Of a DNA stretch of 64,000 bases, positions 1 through 9,329 are shown one piece after another. The stretch's first letter is position 1, and every line of letters begins with the position of its first letter. The position numbers were made by a program, and so were the translations under genes. The notes below the pieces were generated by a model. It searched no databases. It had not been told where the DNA came from and saw only the letters and a list, made by a program, of their open reading frames with translations. Location: positions 20,682-84,681 of the forward strand of contig MGKE01000011.1 of assembly GCA_001794635.1 (NCBI GenBank). Reading direction: 5' to 3'. Source of the stretch: Candidatus Yanofskybacteria bacterium RIFCSPLOWO2_01_FULL_39_28 (GTDB lineage Bacteria > Patescibacteriota > Minisyncoccia > 2-02-FULL-40-12 > GWA2-44-9).

Positions 1-81
1 TAGTTCTTTAATAATTTGGGCCAGGATTCTGCCGCCCTCATGCATTGTCTGTATCTCTTGTTGTGTTTTTATTTGAATCAT
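1..81 (-). CDS. map: methionine aminopeptidase, N-terminal fragment running off the window
   Basis: Minus-strand ATG at 81..79 reads MIQIKTQQEIQTMHEGGRILAQIIKEL, a typical Map N-terminus. Its position after adk fits the secY-adk-map order. It overlaps the adk 3' end. Confidence 0.6.
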   Translation of the reverse strand, partial: MIQIKTQQEIQTMHEGGRILAQIIKEL

Positions 82-742
82 CTAATTTTTGAATAACTTC
101 TTTATATACATCTTCAATACTCTGCTCACCGTTTACCTGGATAATTTCATAGCCCCGATTTTTGAGTAGGTCAATTATCGGCTCTGTTCTTTTGAGATAA
201 ACATCATAACGCAGTTTCACCGTCTCTGGATCGTCAAGATGACCACGCCTAATAAGTTTGCTGCCGTCACGTGGACATGTTTCAAGGTCTTTAAATTCAG
301 GCAAGTTAGGAACCGGATGACGGTTTTTCTCACAAATCCTACGATTAGAATTACGGTTAAAAGATTCTTCCCGGCTTAAATCTATATTAAAAATCTTAAC
401 ATTATCTTTTCCATAAAGTTCTTCCAACACCGGAATTTCCGCCTCGGCTTCAAACACTGTCCTCGGTGAAGCACTTAGAATTAATCCGGCGCCGCTTTGC
501 CAGACATTTTTCATTGCTTCCACCAACCAACCGGTTACCATCTTAGGATCATTTAATTCCCCTGATTGCCAGATCTTTTTCTGCTGGCTCAATAAAAGGT
601 CGTCTGGGCTGGCGTTTTTAAATTTTTCTTCTATAATCTTGGAAGACTCTATATGAATCAGTCCGAATTTTTCAGCCAACAAATCTGCTTGTGTTCCCTT
701 TCCTGAACCGGGCGGACCAATCAAAACCACCGCCCATTTCAT
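38..742 (-). CDS. adk: adenylate kinase
   Basis: P-loop VVLIGPPGSGKGTQADLLAEKFG and a lid region. The ORF extends to 823, but the internal Met at 742 (MKWAVVLIGPPG) matches the usual Adk N-terminus. Located after secY. Confidence 0.85.
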   Translation of the reverse strand: MKWAVVLIGPPGSGKGTQADLLAEKFGLIHIESSKIIEEKFKNASPDDLLLSQQKKIWQSGELNDPKMVTGWLVEAMKNVWQSGAGLILSASPRTVFEAEAEIPVLEELYGKDNVKIFNIDLSREESFNRNSNRRICEKNRHPVPNLPEFKDLETCPRDGSKLIRRGHLDDPETVKLRYDVYLKRTEPIIDLLKNRGYEIIQVNGEQSIEDVYKEVIQKLDDSNKNTTRDTDNA

Positions 743-889
743 GTGATTAGCACTCAATAAATTAGCCGACTCTTCCGACCAGTTAAGCAACTTTACGACG
801 TAATTTTGTAAATCCAAATTCATTAAAACAATGGTAACATTTATTTTAATAAAAATAAAAAACCCTTCGATAAACTCAGGGTAAACCCT

Positions 890-1261
890 TTAGTGGGTTT
901 GTTTATATTGGCCTCGGGCAAGTTCTACGAGATGACGGTGAAATTCTTTAGGAGGCATGACTAAGTCCTTATAACTCGAATCAAGCTTTACTATCTCATC
1001 AAACAATTTCTGATCTCTTTCTATTAAAACCATCAGTTCTGGATCATACAATTTACTTATAGAGTCTCCATCTTTAAGATTCGCCCTAACCCATTCTGTT
1101 ATTTGCCTTGAGATAAGACGCGTTTCACTGGCATATTTTAACAACAACTTATTCTGCCTTATTTTTGTTAATTGTTCGTTAGGTGTTCCAAATACCGGCC
1201 TAATTAAAATCCTATATAAAAAATATACTGCCAATCCTAAAATAAATAAATTAAACAGCAA
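890..1261 (-). CDS. hypothetical protein with N-terminal TM helix
   Basis: 123-aa ORF with a hydrophobic N-terminus (LFNLFILGLAVYFLYRILI). Inserted between secY and adk. No recognisable family. Confidence 0.45.
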   Translation of the reverse strand: MLFNLFILGLAVYFLYRILIRPVFGTPNEQLTKIRQNKLLLKYASETRLISRQITEWVRANLKDGDSISKLYDPELMVLIERDQKLFDEIVKLDSSYKDLVMPPKEFHRHLVELARGQYKQTH

Positions 1262-1469
1262 GGGCCGTCAAAGGAGACTCAACAAACCGCACTATAACGG
1301 CTACAGCCATAACCACCCCAAAATGTTACCTAAATTCGTACCTAGATATTATTCAAATTTCCAATAATAGTCAATAACCATCAATTATCTTATAAACCTC
1401 GTATATTCGTGACTTATAAGACAATTGGTTTCTACCAACTTAATTACACACTATATTAAAAATAAAAAA

Positions 1470-1560
1470 GCCGAGGTGTCTCGAGCCCGACCGGGGCGAG
1501 TAAAAGACAAAATTTTAGCAAAAATTTATGTCGTGCCCTGAATGAGCTAAAGCCTCGCGA
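1470..1560. repeat. family-2 structured intergenic repeat, copy a (core 1485-1542)
   Basis: Core GCCCGACCGGGGCGAGTAAAAGACAAAATTTTAGCAAAAATTTATGTCGTGCCCTGAA is about 85% identical to 10724-10780. Contains a hairpin pairing 1506-1516 with 1521-1532. Confidence 0.6.
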
Positions 1561-2820
1561 CTAATATTCATACATGGACAACTGCGCGTCCATTTGTTTC
1601 ATAATTTCTAGCGCGACAGAAACAACTATAAGAATTGAGGTACCGCCGACAGCAAAAGCGGTAACTCCGGTAAAGCCCTGGACAATGTTTGGCAATATAG
1701 CCACTGTCCCCAAAAATATCGCCCCCACTAATGTAACCCTAGTTAATAGGTGATTCAAAAATTGAGCCGTAGTTGGTCCAGGTCTAATACCGGGAATATA
1801 TCCACCTTGTTTCTGGATATTTTCGGAAATAGATTTTGGATCAAAGGTGATAGCGGTGTAGAAATAAGTAAATAAAACGACTAACAAAAAGTATAAGATC
1901 GAATACCAAAGATTAGACTGTAAAAAATCGTTAACCTTAACTGCTATCTGTGATATTCCGGGAATGTCATAAGCTGCCAAAAAATTAGCTACCATACTAG
2001 GAAAAAGTAAAATAGATAAGGCAAATATAATAGGAATGACTCCGGCATTATTTACCCTCATTGGTAGATAAGTTGAAACTCCTCCAAAAACTTTTGAACC
2101 ACGAATACGACGGGCATAATTAATGGGAATATTTCTTTGGGCTTCGGAAATATAAATAACCCCGACAACAACGGCCAAAGCCACAGCAACAAAAGCAATG
2201 TAGGTGAAAAGTTGATCGGGAGTATAAGTGAAGGTGGCTTGGCGGATAGCTGTTGGAAAACCGGCAACAATACCAGCCAAAATCAAAAGGGATACTCCAT
2301 TGCCTATGTTTTTTTCTGTAATAAGCTCACCAAGCCACATCAAAAACATGCTTGCAGCTGTAATAGTAGCTAATGTGGTAATCCATTCTAAAGTGCCTAG
2401 AGAATTTATAACCCCCTGCCGCGATAAGAGAGTTAAAAATCCAAAACCTTGCAATGCCGCCAAAGGAACTGTCAGCAACCTTGAATATTGATTGAACTTC
2501 GCTCTTCCAGCTTCACCTTCATATTTATACATTTGTTCAAGCTGTGGAAATATCATAGTCAAAAGCTGCATAATAATAGAACCGGTAATATATGGCCCCA
2601 AACCCAACATACCAATTGAAAGAGCAGTCAAAGATCCACCGGTAAAGGCGCTTACTAATCCAAAAAATTGATTCTGGGCAAAAAAGTCTTTTAACTGTGA
2701 TGAGTCAATTGCCGGAATCGGGATATTTGAAATAATCCTAAAAACAACCAGTATTGCCAAAACAAATAAAACCTTATTTCTCAACTCCGGACGCTTAAAT
2801 ATTTGTAATATTTTGTTCAT
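1561..2820 (-). CDS. secY: preprotein translocase subunit SecY
   Basis: 419-aa polytopic membrane protein with a SecY-like sequence, located directly after rplO. Confidence 0.95.
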   Translation of the reverse strand: MNKILQIFKRPELRNKVLFVLAILVVFRIISNIPIPAIDSSQLKDFFAQNQFFGLVSAFTGGSLTALSIGMLGLGPYITGSIIMQLLTMIFPQLEQMYKYEGEAGRAKFNQYSRLLTVPLAALQGFGFLTLLSRQGVINSLGTLEWITTLATITAASMFLMWLGELITEKNIGNGVSLLILAGIVAGFPTAIRQATFTYTPDQLFTYIAFVAVALAVVVGVIYISEAQRNIPINYARRIRGSKVFGGVSTYLPMRVNNAGVIPIIFALSILLFPSMVANFLAAYDIPGISQIAVKVNDFLQSNLWYSILYFLLVVLFTYFYTAITFDPKSISENIQKQGGYIPGIRPGPTTAQFLNHLLTRVTLVGAIFLGTVAILPNIVQGFTGVTAFAVGGTSILIVVSVALEIMKQMDAQLSMYEY

Positions 2821-2824
2821 GATT

Positions 2825-3295
2825 TTATTTAATTGAACTTCCGTTTTTTAGAACCTTGTTTTTTGCAGATTTAGAGAAAGTAAAACCCTCAAATTGCATT
2901 TTCTTATTAAGTTCTCCGTTACTTAAAATTTTGATTTTCTTATCTGATTTTATCAAACCTTTTTCTTTTAATGCTTTCGGGCTCATCAAATCATCTTCTG
3001 AAAACTGATTAAAAAATCCTAAATTCAAAACTGCTGGTTTTTCATGTTTAAGCTGAAAATAACGATGCTTACGATGAGGCGCTTTACTTCCTGGTTTTTT
3101 GGAAGCTCCTCTTTGTTTAGGAAACAGCTGCCAGATGCGGTTATCTCCACCCCTAAAACCGGGCCTGACACTTGCCCCGGCTCGTGACTTTTGTCCTTTA
3201 GTTCCGTGACCAGAAAATGTTCCGCGTTTGCCTCCACGGCCGATTCTTTTCTTACTTTTTCTGGGAGTATGAGATTGTAGTTTACTTAAATCCAT
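2825..3295 (-). CDS. rplO: 50S ribosomal protein L15
   Basis: Gly/Arg/Lys-rich N-terminus (RIGRGGKRGTFSGHGTKGQKSRAG) and its position in the spc operon. Confidence 0.9.
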   Translation of the reverse strand: MDLSKLQSHTPRKSKKRIGRGGKRGTFSGHGTKGQKSRAGASVRPGFRGGDNRIWQLFPKQRGASKKPGSKAPHRKHRYFQLKHEKPAVLNLGFFNQFSEDDLMSPKALKEKGLIKSDKKIKILSNGELNKKMQFEGFTFSKSAKNKVLKNGSSIK

Positions 3296-3333
3296 GTTTC
3301 AAATTTAAAATTAAAAATTAAAAATTTAATTTT

Positions 3334-3891
3334 CTACTTTATACTTTTTACTTTTAACTGTTTTAACGCTTCTATCGTTGCCCTGGCAATATTTATCTTA
3401 CTATTAGTTCTCTCTATTAGTTTACCGGTTAAAGATTTGATCCCGGCTAGTTTAGCTACAACACGAACCGGTCCGCCTGCTTTAACGCCGCCTTTTGCGG
3501 GTTTAAGCAATACCACTGCGCTTTTATATTTTGATTCCACTTGATAAGGTATGGTTCCATTAACAGTAAAGACACTGATCAAATTCTTTTGAGCCTTGTT
3601 ATATGCCTTCTGCATGGACTGGGCAACATCAACACCCTTTCCTGTTCCAACTCCAACCCTAGACTTGCCGTCGCCAATAACAACTGTGGTTCTGAAGCTA
3701 AATCTCTTACCGCCTTTTGTCACCCTGGTTACACGGGCAATATCAATAACCTTCTGGTCAAATTCTGATTTTGCTTCTCTCTGGCCATGAAAACCACGAC
3801 CCCCACGACCGCCTTTCTCCCCCCCCCTACCCCTTCTTCCACCTTGTCCTGTTTGAGTTTGTCCAAATTGTGTTGGTTTGTTTTGTTCCAT
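3334..3891 (-). CDS. rpsE: 30S ribosomal protein S5 with RGG-rich N-terminal extension
   Basis: S5 core (RVTRVTKGGKRFSFRTTVVIGDG...) between L18 and L15. No L30 ORF follows it. Confidence 0.9.
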   Translation of the reverse strand: MEQNKPTQFGQTQTGQGGRRGRGGEKGGRGGRGFHGQREAKSEFDQKVIDIARVTRVTKGGKRFSFRTTVVIGDGKSRVGVGTGKGVDVAQSMQKAYNKAQKNLISVFTVNGTIPYQVESKYKSAVVLLKPAKGGVKAGGPVRVVAKLAGIKSLTGKLIERTNSKINIARATIEALKQLKVKSIK

Positions 3892-3893
3892 TT

Positions 3894-4253
3894 TTAAAAT
3901 TTAAGTCCTCCGGCTCGTAACCCATCGGCTACAGCTTTAATTCTCCCATGATATTTATATCCTCCACGATCAAAAACAACTTCGTTAATTCCGACTGATT
4001 TGGCTTTCTCAGCAACAATTTTACCGATCTCAATTGCCTTTTTGGTCTTACTACCCCTTAATTTACTCTTTTTTGACGACAAAACTTTACTGCTAAACAA
4101 AGTCTTACCATTCTCATCATCAATCAGCTGAACAAAAACATGTTTATTACTTTTAAAAACCGAAGCGCGTGGCCTTTTGTTGGAGCCGATTATTTGAGTA
4201 CGAACTCTTGCGTGACGCCTTTGCCTATTTAATTTTTTGGTTTTATTGTCCAT
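3894..4253 (-). CDS. rplR: 50S ribosomal protein L18
   Basis: RRHARVR... FDRGGYKYHGRIKAVADGLRAGGLKF C-terminus; operon position. Confidence 0.9.
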   Translation of the reverse strand: MDNKTKKLNRQRRHARVRTQIIGSNKRPRASVFKSNKHVFVQLIDDENGKTLFSSKVLSSKKSKLRGSKTKKAIEIGKIVAEKAKSVGINEVVFDRGGYKYHGRIKAVADGLRAGGLKF

Positions 4254-4257
4254 ATTT

Positions 4258-4806
4258 TTATGCTGTGGCAGCTGCTTTTTTACCAGCTTTTCTTCTAATT
4301 ATTTCTCCTTTGTATTTAATACCGCTGCCTTGGTATGGTTCTGGCAATCGCTTTGACCTTATTAAGGCGGCGACGTGACCAACTAGCTCCTTATCAATCC
4401 CCATGACCTTAATTGTGTTTTTCTCAACTTTGAAACTTATTCCTGAAGACGCTTTAATAGTTATCGGGTGTGAATAGCCAAGATTTAACTCCAAATCATT
4501 ACCCTTAACATTGGCCTTGTAACCAACACCTTCAAATTCCAATCCTTTTTCAAAACCTTCGGCAACACCTATGATCATATTAGCAATTAAAGACCTGGTT
4601 AAGCCCCACAGAGCCAGTATTTTTTTATCTTTAGTTTCTTTTTTTAATTTCAAAACAATCTCATCTCCATTCATGGAAATATCAATGGTTTGATCAAAAT
4701 CTTTTTTTAGTTCTCCCTTAGACCCTTTCAAAGCAACCGAATTACCGTTGATTTTAACTTCAACGCCTTTGGGAACTTGAATTGGTTTTTTGCCTATTTT
4801 ACTCAT
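4258..4806 (-). CDS. rplF: 50S ribosomal protein L6
   Basis: MSKIGKKPIQVPKGVEV... PEPYQGSGIKYKGE motif; operon position. Confidence 0.9.
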   Translation of the reverse strand: MSKIGKKPIQVPKGVEVKINGNSVALKGSKGELKKDFDQTIDISMNGDEIVLKLKKETKDKKILALWGLTRSLIANMIIGVAEGFEKGLEFEGVGYKANVKGNDLELNLGYSHPITIKASSGISFKVEKNTIKVMGIDKELVGHVAALIRSKRLPEPYQGSGIKYKGEIIRRKAGKKAAATA

Positions 4807-4812
4807 TTGAAT

Positions 4813-4909
4813 TTACTACTAATTACGAATAAATGCGAATGTGCGAATCTACAAATTAAGATTTCCTATTCGTAGATTTGTATATTTGTTTTTATTAGTA
4901 ATTCGTAGT
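4813..4909. repeat. family-1 nested-palindrome intergenic repeat, copy 1 (rplF/rpsH spacer)
   Basis: Outer arms CTACTAATTACGAAT ... ATTAGTAATTCGTAG and inner arms ATCTACAAAT ... GTAGATTTGTAT. Fills the whole spacer. Confidence 0.85.
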
Positions 4910-4914
4910 CTCAC

Positions 4915-5319
4915 TCACCACACCTCAAAAAGTATTTCTCCGCCTACGCCTTGTTTTCTTGCTTCTTTTGAACTCATTACTCCTTTAGAAGTAGAAATGA
5001 CCCCAATTCCATAACCTGAACGAACCGGTTTCATATCTTCCGCTTTGGCATATAAGTGGCGTGATGGTTTACTTATTAATTTAAATCCTCTTAGTGACGG
5101 CTGTTTGGTTTCATCGTATTTCAAAGAAATCACTAAATAATCAAATTCGCTTTTTCGTCCCTTTTTGCTTTTCTTTTCCACCTCTTGGACAAAACTATTT
5201 TCTTTGAGAATTTGGGCTATCCTGAATTTCATCTTAGAAAAAGGAACCGAAATCTGCTCTTTGCCTACAGCTTGAGCATTACTGATTCTTATTAACATGT
5301 CGGATATTGGATAATTCAT
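4915..5319 (-). CDS. rpsH: 30S ribosomal protein S8
   Basis: MNYPISDMLIRISNAQ start at 5319. The track ORF starts at 5361 and overlaps rpsN. Operon position fits. Confidence 0.9.
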   Translation of the reverse strand: MNYPISDMLIRISNAQAVGKEQISVPFSKMKFRIAQILKENSFVQEVEKKSKKGRKSEFDYLVISLKYDETKQPSLRGFKLISKPSRHLYAKAEDMKPVRSGYGIGVISTSKGVMSSKEARKQGVGGEILFEVW

Positions 5320-5320
5320 A

Positions 5321-5506
5321 TTACCAAGATGATTTTTTAACTCCAGGCAGCAAACCCTCACTAGCTAATTCCCTGAAGTGAATTCTGCATAATTGGAATC
5401 TTCTCATATAGCCGCCCTTTCTACCGCACAAAAAACATCTCCTGACCTTGCGGGTTGAAAACTTTGGTTTCTTATTTGCTCTTGCGATTATACTTTTTTT
5501 AGCCAT
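5321..5506 (-). CDS. rpsN: 30S ribosomal protein S14 (short, type Z-like)
   Basis: 61 aa, [29 protein letters not shown]...; operon position. Confidence 0.9.
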   Translation of the reverse strand: MAKKSIIARANKKPKFSTRKVRRCFLCGRKGGYMRRFQLCRIHFRELASEGLLPGVKKSSW

Positions 5507-5507
5507 A

Positions 5508-6047
5508 TTATTTCTTTATTGGAAATCCAAATAATTTTAACAACTCAACTCCCTGTTCTCTCTTCTTGGCAGTCGTTACTACTGTAACCTGTAAACTGAA
5601 AATGTCCTTCAAGCTTTCATAATGAATCTCTGGAAATATGCTGTGTTCTTTAATCCCCAAGTTCAAACTTCCGTTTTTATCAAAATTCTTTGAATCAATG
5701 CCTCTGAAATCTTTGGATCTTGGCAAAGCTATAAATATCAAACGACCCATAAAATCATACATCCTTTTTCCTCTCAAGGTAACAGATAAACCAACATTCA
5801 TACCCTCTCTTGTTTTAAATCCAGATATTGACTTCCTGGCTTTTCTGAAAATTGGTTTCTGGCCGGATAACAAGCTTATATCTCTTACAACTTTCTCAAC
5901 AAATTTATCATCCTTAAGCATTTTGCCAATACCGACATTGATAACTACTTTATCCACCCTAGGAACAGCCATCGGGTTTTTTATACCAAATTTAGCCTGC
6001 AGGGCATGAATTACTTCTTTCCTGTATTGTGTCAATAAATCAGTCAT
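5508..6047 (-). CDS. rplE: 50S ribosomal protein L5
   Basis: 179 aa, L5-like sequence ([18 protein letters not shown]...); operon position. Confidence 0.9.
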   Translation of the reverse strand: MTDLLTQYRKEVIHALQAKFGIKNPMAVPRVDKVVINVGIGKMLKDDKFVEKVVRDISLLSGQKPIFRKARKSISGFKTREGMNVGLSVTLRGKRMYDFMGRLIFIALPRSKDFRGIDSKNFDKNGSLNLGIKEHSIFPEIHYESLKDIFSLQVTVVTTAKKREQGVELLKLFGFPIKK

Positions 6048-6056
6048 GGGAAAATA

Positions 6057-6362
6057 TTATACTTCACTTTTACATTTTTTGCAAATTCTCACCTTATTCT
6101 CACCGTCCACCTTAAAACCCAATCTAGTCTGCTTGCCACATGATTTACAAACCATTGCCACCGATGACACACTGACAGCTCTTTCTTTGCTAACTATCTG
6201 ACCCTTTTGCCCTTGTTTTCTAGCTCGCAAATGCTTTTTAATCAAATTCAAACCTTCAACAACAATTTTGTCGTTATCAATAAAAACATGGATAACTTTA
6301 CCCTTTTTACCCTTGTCTTTACCGCCTAACATTATTACATTGTCACCACTTTTTAATTTCAT
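6057..6362 (-). CDS. rplX: 50S ribosomal protein L24
   Basis: KSGDNVIMLGGKDKGKKGKV KOW motif; operon position. Confidence 0.9.
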   Translation of the reverse strand: MKLKSGDNVIMLGGKDKGKKGKVIHVFIDNDKIVVEGLNLIKKHLRARKQGQKGQIVSKERAVSVSSVAMVCKSCGKQTRLGFKVDGENKVRICKKCKSEV

Positions 6363-6370
6363 AAAAACTT

Positions 6371-6467
6371 CTAATACTAATTTACCAATCTATCTAATTG
6401 TATAAATCTACAAATTAATATCTCTTATTCGTAAATTTGTATATTTGTTAAATTTGTAATTGGTAGT
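6371..6467. repeat. family-1 repeat, copy 2 (rplX/rplN spacer)
   Basis: ...AATCTACAAATTAATATCTCTTATTCGTAAATTTGTATATTTGTTAAATTTGTAATTGGTAG; fills the spacer. Confidence 0.8.
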
Positions 6468-6469
6468 TT

Positions 6470-6835
6470 CTACAACACTTCTTCAGCCAAAGAAGCGATA
6501 GTATTAAATCCTTTTTCTTTTATTTCTCTTGGAATTGGACCAAATATTCTACCGCCCTTGGGTTCGGTACCCTCAAGAATTACTACCGCGTTATCATCAA
6601 ATCTTATATAGGTGCCGTCTTTTCTTCGGAATGGTTTTCTTTGACGAACAACAACGGCCTTAAGAACTTCTTTCTTTTTAACCGATTTTCTTGGTTCAGC
6701 TTCTTTGACAGAAACTACGACAATATCGCCTATTTCAGCATATCTTTTTCTTGAACCCCCAAGTACCTTAAAAACACCGACCTTGGTCGCTCCGGTATTG
6801 TCTGCTACCCCTACGATTGATCTTAATTGCAACAT
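6470..6835 (-). CDS. rplN: 50S ribosomal protein L14
   Basis: [16 protein letters not shown]... typical L14 start. Confidence 0.95.
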   Translation of the reverse strand: MLQLRSIVGVADNTGATKVGVFKVLGGSRKRYAEIGDIVVVSVKEAEPRKSVKKKEVLKAVVVRQRKPFRRKDGTYIRFDDNAVVILEGTEPKGGRIFGPIPREIKEKGFNTIASLAEEVL

Positions 6836-6839
6836 AATT

Positions 6840-7073
6840 TTATTCGACTTTGCCGATTATTATCCAGCGTTTATCTTTTGACATTGGTTTTGTTTCCTGC
6901 ATTAAAACTTTATCTCCGATATGATATTGATTTTCTGGATTATGGGCTTTGAAATTCTGACTAACTTTAAAATATTTTTTGTATTTGGAGTGTTTTTTCA
7001 ATCTCAAAACTTCAACCACTACGGTCTTCTGCATTTTATCTGAAACAATTGTTCCCTTTATAATTCTTGGCAT
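6840..7073 (-). CDS. rpsQ: 30S ribosomal protein S17
   Basis: 77 aa, [16 protein letters not shown]...; operon position. Confidence 0.9.
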   Translation of the reverse strand: MPRIIKGTIVSDKMQKTVVVEVLRLKKHSKYKKYFKVSQNFKAHNPENQYHIGDKVLMQETKPMSKDKRWIIIGKVE

Positions 7074-7077
7074 AAAA

Positions 7078-7266
7078 TTATTGTTTTATTTGTTTTAACA
7101 ACGTAAGCACTCTGGCAACATCTTTCTTGGTTTTTTTAATCTGACTAACGTCTTTAACTTTGTTATCAGCCAAATCAAAATTAAATTTTAAAAGTTTAGC
7201 CCTCAAATCACTGACCAATTTATTTAATTCGTCTTTGGACATATTTTTTAATTCATCAATCTTCAT
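7078..7266 (-). CDS. rpmC: 50S ribosomal protein L29
   Basis: 62-aa helical protein ([21 protein letters not shown]); operon position. Confidence 0.85.
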   Translation of the reverse strand: MKIDELKNMSKDELNKLVSDLRAKLLKFNFDLADNKVKDVSQIKKTKKDVARVLTLLKQIKQ

Positions 7267-7278
7267 ATGTTTTCATTA

Positions 7279-7686
7279 TTAACCTCTTTTAATAATTCTG
7301 GTTTTAATTGGCAATTTATGACCAGCCATTCTTAATGCTTCCTTGGCAGTTTCTTCAGCAACACCGTCAATTTCAAAAATAACCCGACCCAATTCAACCG
7401 GCACCACAAAATGGGAAAGTGCGCCCTTACCGCCTCCCATGCCCACTTCAGAACTTTTTGATGTTCTTGGTTTGTCTGGAAAAATTCTTATCCAAATCTT
7501 TCCTCCGCGTTGGAAATAACGAGCTAAAACTTTCCTGGCCGACTCAATCTGATTTGATTTCAACCAAGAAGATTCTTCAGCTTTCAAACCAAAACTACCA
7601 AAACTTAAATCTGTTCCTCTTTTGGCTTTTGATCTTAATCTGCCCTTGTGAACCTTGGCATGTTGTATTCGTGCTGGTTGTAACAT
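7279..7686 (-). CDS. rplP: 50S ribosomal protein L16
   Basis: MLQPARIQHAKVHKGRLR... typical L16. Confidence 0.95.
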   Translation of the reverse strand: MLQPARIQHAKVHKGRLRSKAKRGTDLSFGSFGLKAEESSWLKSNQIESARKVLARYFQRGGKIWIRIFPDKPRTSKSSEVGMGGGKGALSHFVVPVELGRVIFEIDGVAEETAKEALRMAGHKLPIKTRIIKRG

Positions 7687-7805
7687 GATTAATAATTACT
7701 AAGTTAAAAGTAAAAATTTAAAATTACAATCTAAAATCTTATAATTTTCTGAACTTTTTGATTTTGAATTGAAATTTTGCATTTTGATTTTTGAATTTTT
7801 ACTTA

Positions 7806-8438
7806 TCAAAAAACTTCTCCTTTATATATCCAAACCTTAACTCCGATTGTTCCGTATGTTGTCATCGCTGTATCTTTGGCAAAATCTATGTCAGCCCTTA
7901 GGGTTTGCAAGGGCAAACTCCCTTCTTCCAAATGTTCAGATCTGGCTATTTCCGCCCCATCAAGACGTCCACCCATCATAATTTTGGCGCCTTTTACTTG
8001 CCTATTGGCCATGATTTTGGATAAAGTCTGTTTTAAAACTCTTCTGAACGGTATTCTTTTTTCTATCTGTTCTACCATTGATTCGGCCATGATTGTCGCG
8101 GAAAATTCAGGATTTTTAATTTCTTGTATCTCCAGCCGGACAGAAATTTTCTTTTTTAACAATTTATGGATTGCGCTTTTAAGCTCCTCCACTCCTGTTC
8201 CGCCCCGCCCTATCAAAAAACCTGGACGTGAGGTAAATATAACCACGTTCAAAGCATCGGTTCCTCTTTCAATATCCACTCTATCAACACTCATACCCTT
8301 AAGTTTGGTGTCTAAAAATTTACGCACCCTCAAATCGTCTTTCAGATAATCAGAATATTTGCGGCCGCCAAACCACCTGGATGCCCAATCCTTGGATATG
8401 CCCATTCTTAATGAAGTTGGTGAAATTTTTTGTCCCAT
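7806..8438 (-). CDS. rpsC: 30S ribosomal protein S3
   Basis: MGQKISPTSLRMGISKDW... KH domain. Confidence 0.95.
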   Translation of the reverse strand: MGQKISPTSLRMGISKDWASRWFGGRKYSDYLKDDLRVRKFLDTKLKGMSVDRVDIERGTDALNVVIFTSRPGFLIGRGGTGVEELKSAIHKLLKKKISVRLEIQEIKNPEFSATIMAESMVEQIEKRIPFRRVLKQTLSKIMANRQVKGAKIMMGGRLDGAEIARSEHLEEGSLPLQTLRADIDFAKDTAMTTYGTIGVKVWIYKGEVF

Positions 8439-8439
8439 A

Positions 8440-8976
8440 TTAAATACTTTTCCTTTGAAATATTTTTCTTCCTAAATTACCCAAAACATTGCTTTTCTTA
8501 CCTAATTCTCTTTTAATTTCGGGCTTTTTAGTTTCACTAAATCCTGTTTCTTTTACAACTTCTTCGGTTATTTCTTTTCCGCCTTGTGCGAGACTCGCCT
8601 TTGGAGGTTTGGCCTTAGCGGTCTTTTCCCTTCTTAAACCAGGCGTTCTTTCATCTAAAACAATCCAAATATGGCTGGTCTTCTTCTGAATCGCTGCTGC
8701 TCGGCCAAAACCTTTTGCCCTGAATCTTTTTAATTTAATACCCTCATCTACTATTAATTTCTTGATATACAAATTATCTTTAACCATATTAAAATTATTT
8801 TCCGCATTAGCAATAGCTGAGTTCAGTAACTTTTTAAGAGAGTTGACCGGCCGACGAACAAAATGTTCAAGCTGACCCAAAGCTTCCGTTACGTTTTTAC
8901 CTTTAATTAAATTGGTAACCGCCCGAACTTTTCGAGGAGCTAATCTTAAGTTGTTTAATTGGGCTTTTACTTCCAT
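8440..8976 (-). CDS. rplV: 50S ribosomal protein L22 with long C-terminal extension
   Basis: L22 core (LRLAPRKVRAVTNLIKGKNV...) followed by about 60 extra Lys/Glu-rich residues. Confidence 0.9.
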   Translation of the reverse strand: MEVKAQLNNLRLAPRKVRAVTNLIKGKNVTEALGQLEHFVRRPVNSLKKLLNSAIANAENNFNMVKDNLYIKKLIVDEGIKLKRFRAKGFGRAAAIQKKTSHIWIVLDERTPGLRREKTAKAKPPKASLAQGGKEITEEVVKETGFSETKKPEIKRELGKKSNVLGNLGRKIFQRKSI

Positions 8977-8979
8977 GGA

Positions 8980-9324
8980 TTATTTTTTAGCTTCAGCCGG
9001 AGCTACTTTAGCTGCTTGGGCTGCTTCTATTTCTTTTTGTTTATTGGCCGCTTCAAGTTCTCTCTGCATTCTTCCACCATGTCGGACGAATTTTCTGGTA
9101 TGAGAAAACTCTCCCAACTTATGTCCAACCATGTCTTCGGTAACCAAAACTGGTATATGAACTCTTCCATTATGGACACCAAACGTGAACCCGATCATTT
9201 CTGGAACAATTGTACAAGAACGCGACCATGTTTTGATAACAGTCTTGTCGCCTGCCCTTAAATTAACTATTTTCTTTAATAGTCGTTCATCTACATATGG
9301 CCCTTTTTTAATACTTCTACTCAT
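8980..9324 (-). CDS. rpsS: 30S ribosomal protein S19 with C-terminal extension
   Basis: [19 protein letters not shown]... [13 protein letters not shown], then an Ala/Lys/Glu tail. Confidence 0.9.
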   Translation of the reverse strand: MSRSIKKGPYVDERLLKKIVNLRAGDKTVIKTWSRSCTIVPEMIGFTFGVHNGRVHIPVLVTEDMVGHKLGEFSHTRKFVRHGGRMQRELEAANKQKEIEAAQAAKVAPAEAKK

Positions 9325-9329
9325 AATTT

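Noticed and set aside
743-823. N-terminal extensions suggested by the ORF track (adk 743-823, rpsH 5320-5361, rplB 10155-10166, M50 protease 22830-22928, rpmB 22807-22881, pth 40969-41127, target gene 37866-37946)
   Set aside because: Internal start codons give N-termini matching the conserved family starts and remove overlaps with neighbouring genes or repeats. The extensions have no conserved sequence.
2058-2491. Antisense or overlapping ORFs inside well-supported genes, here in secY. The same applies to those listed inside rpsE, rplE, rpsC, tuf, fusA, the 837-aa protein, nrdJ, ftsZ, hppA, fadJ, gap and others.
   Set aside because: Each is fully contained in a longer ORF with clear family motifs on the other strand or frame. 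Their products are low-complexity and lack start-site signals.
3296-3333. AT-rich low-complexity spacers (also 7687-7805, 14422-14561, 46421-46560) with short iterated motifs such as AAAATTAAAAATT, TTTTGATTTTGAA, AGCTAA/TAGCTAG and AATCTCTAA
   Set aside because: They do not share a common sequence with each other or with the two repeat families. They look like simple-sequence intergenic filler in an AT-rich genome. The 14422-14561 GCTA-rich spacer is mentioned under the str-operon finding only.
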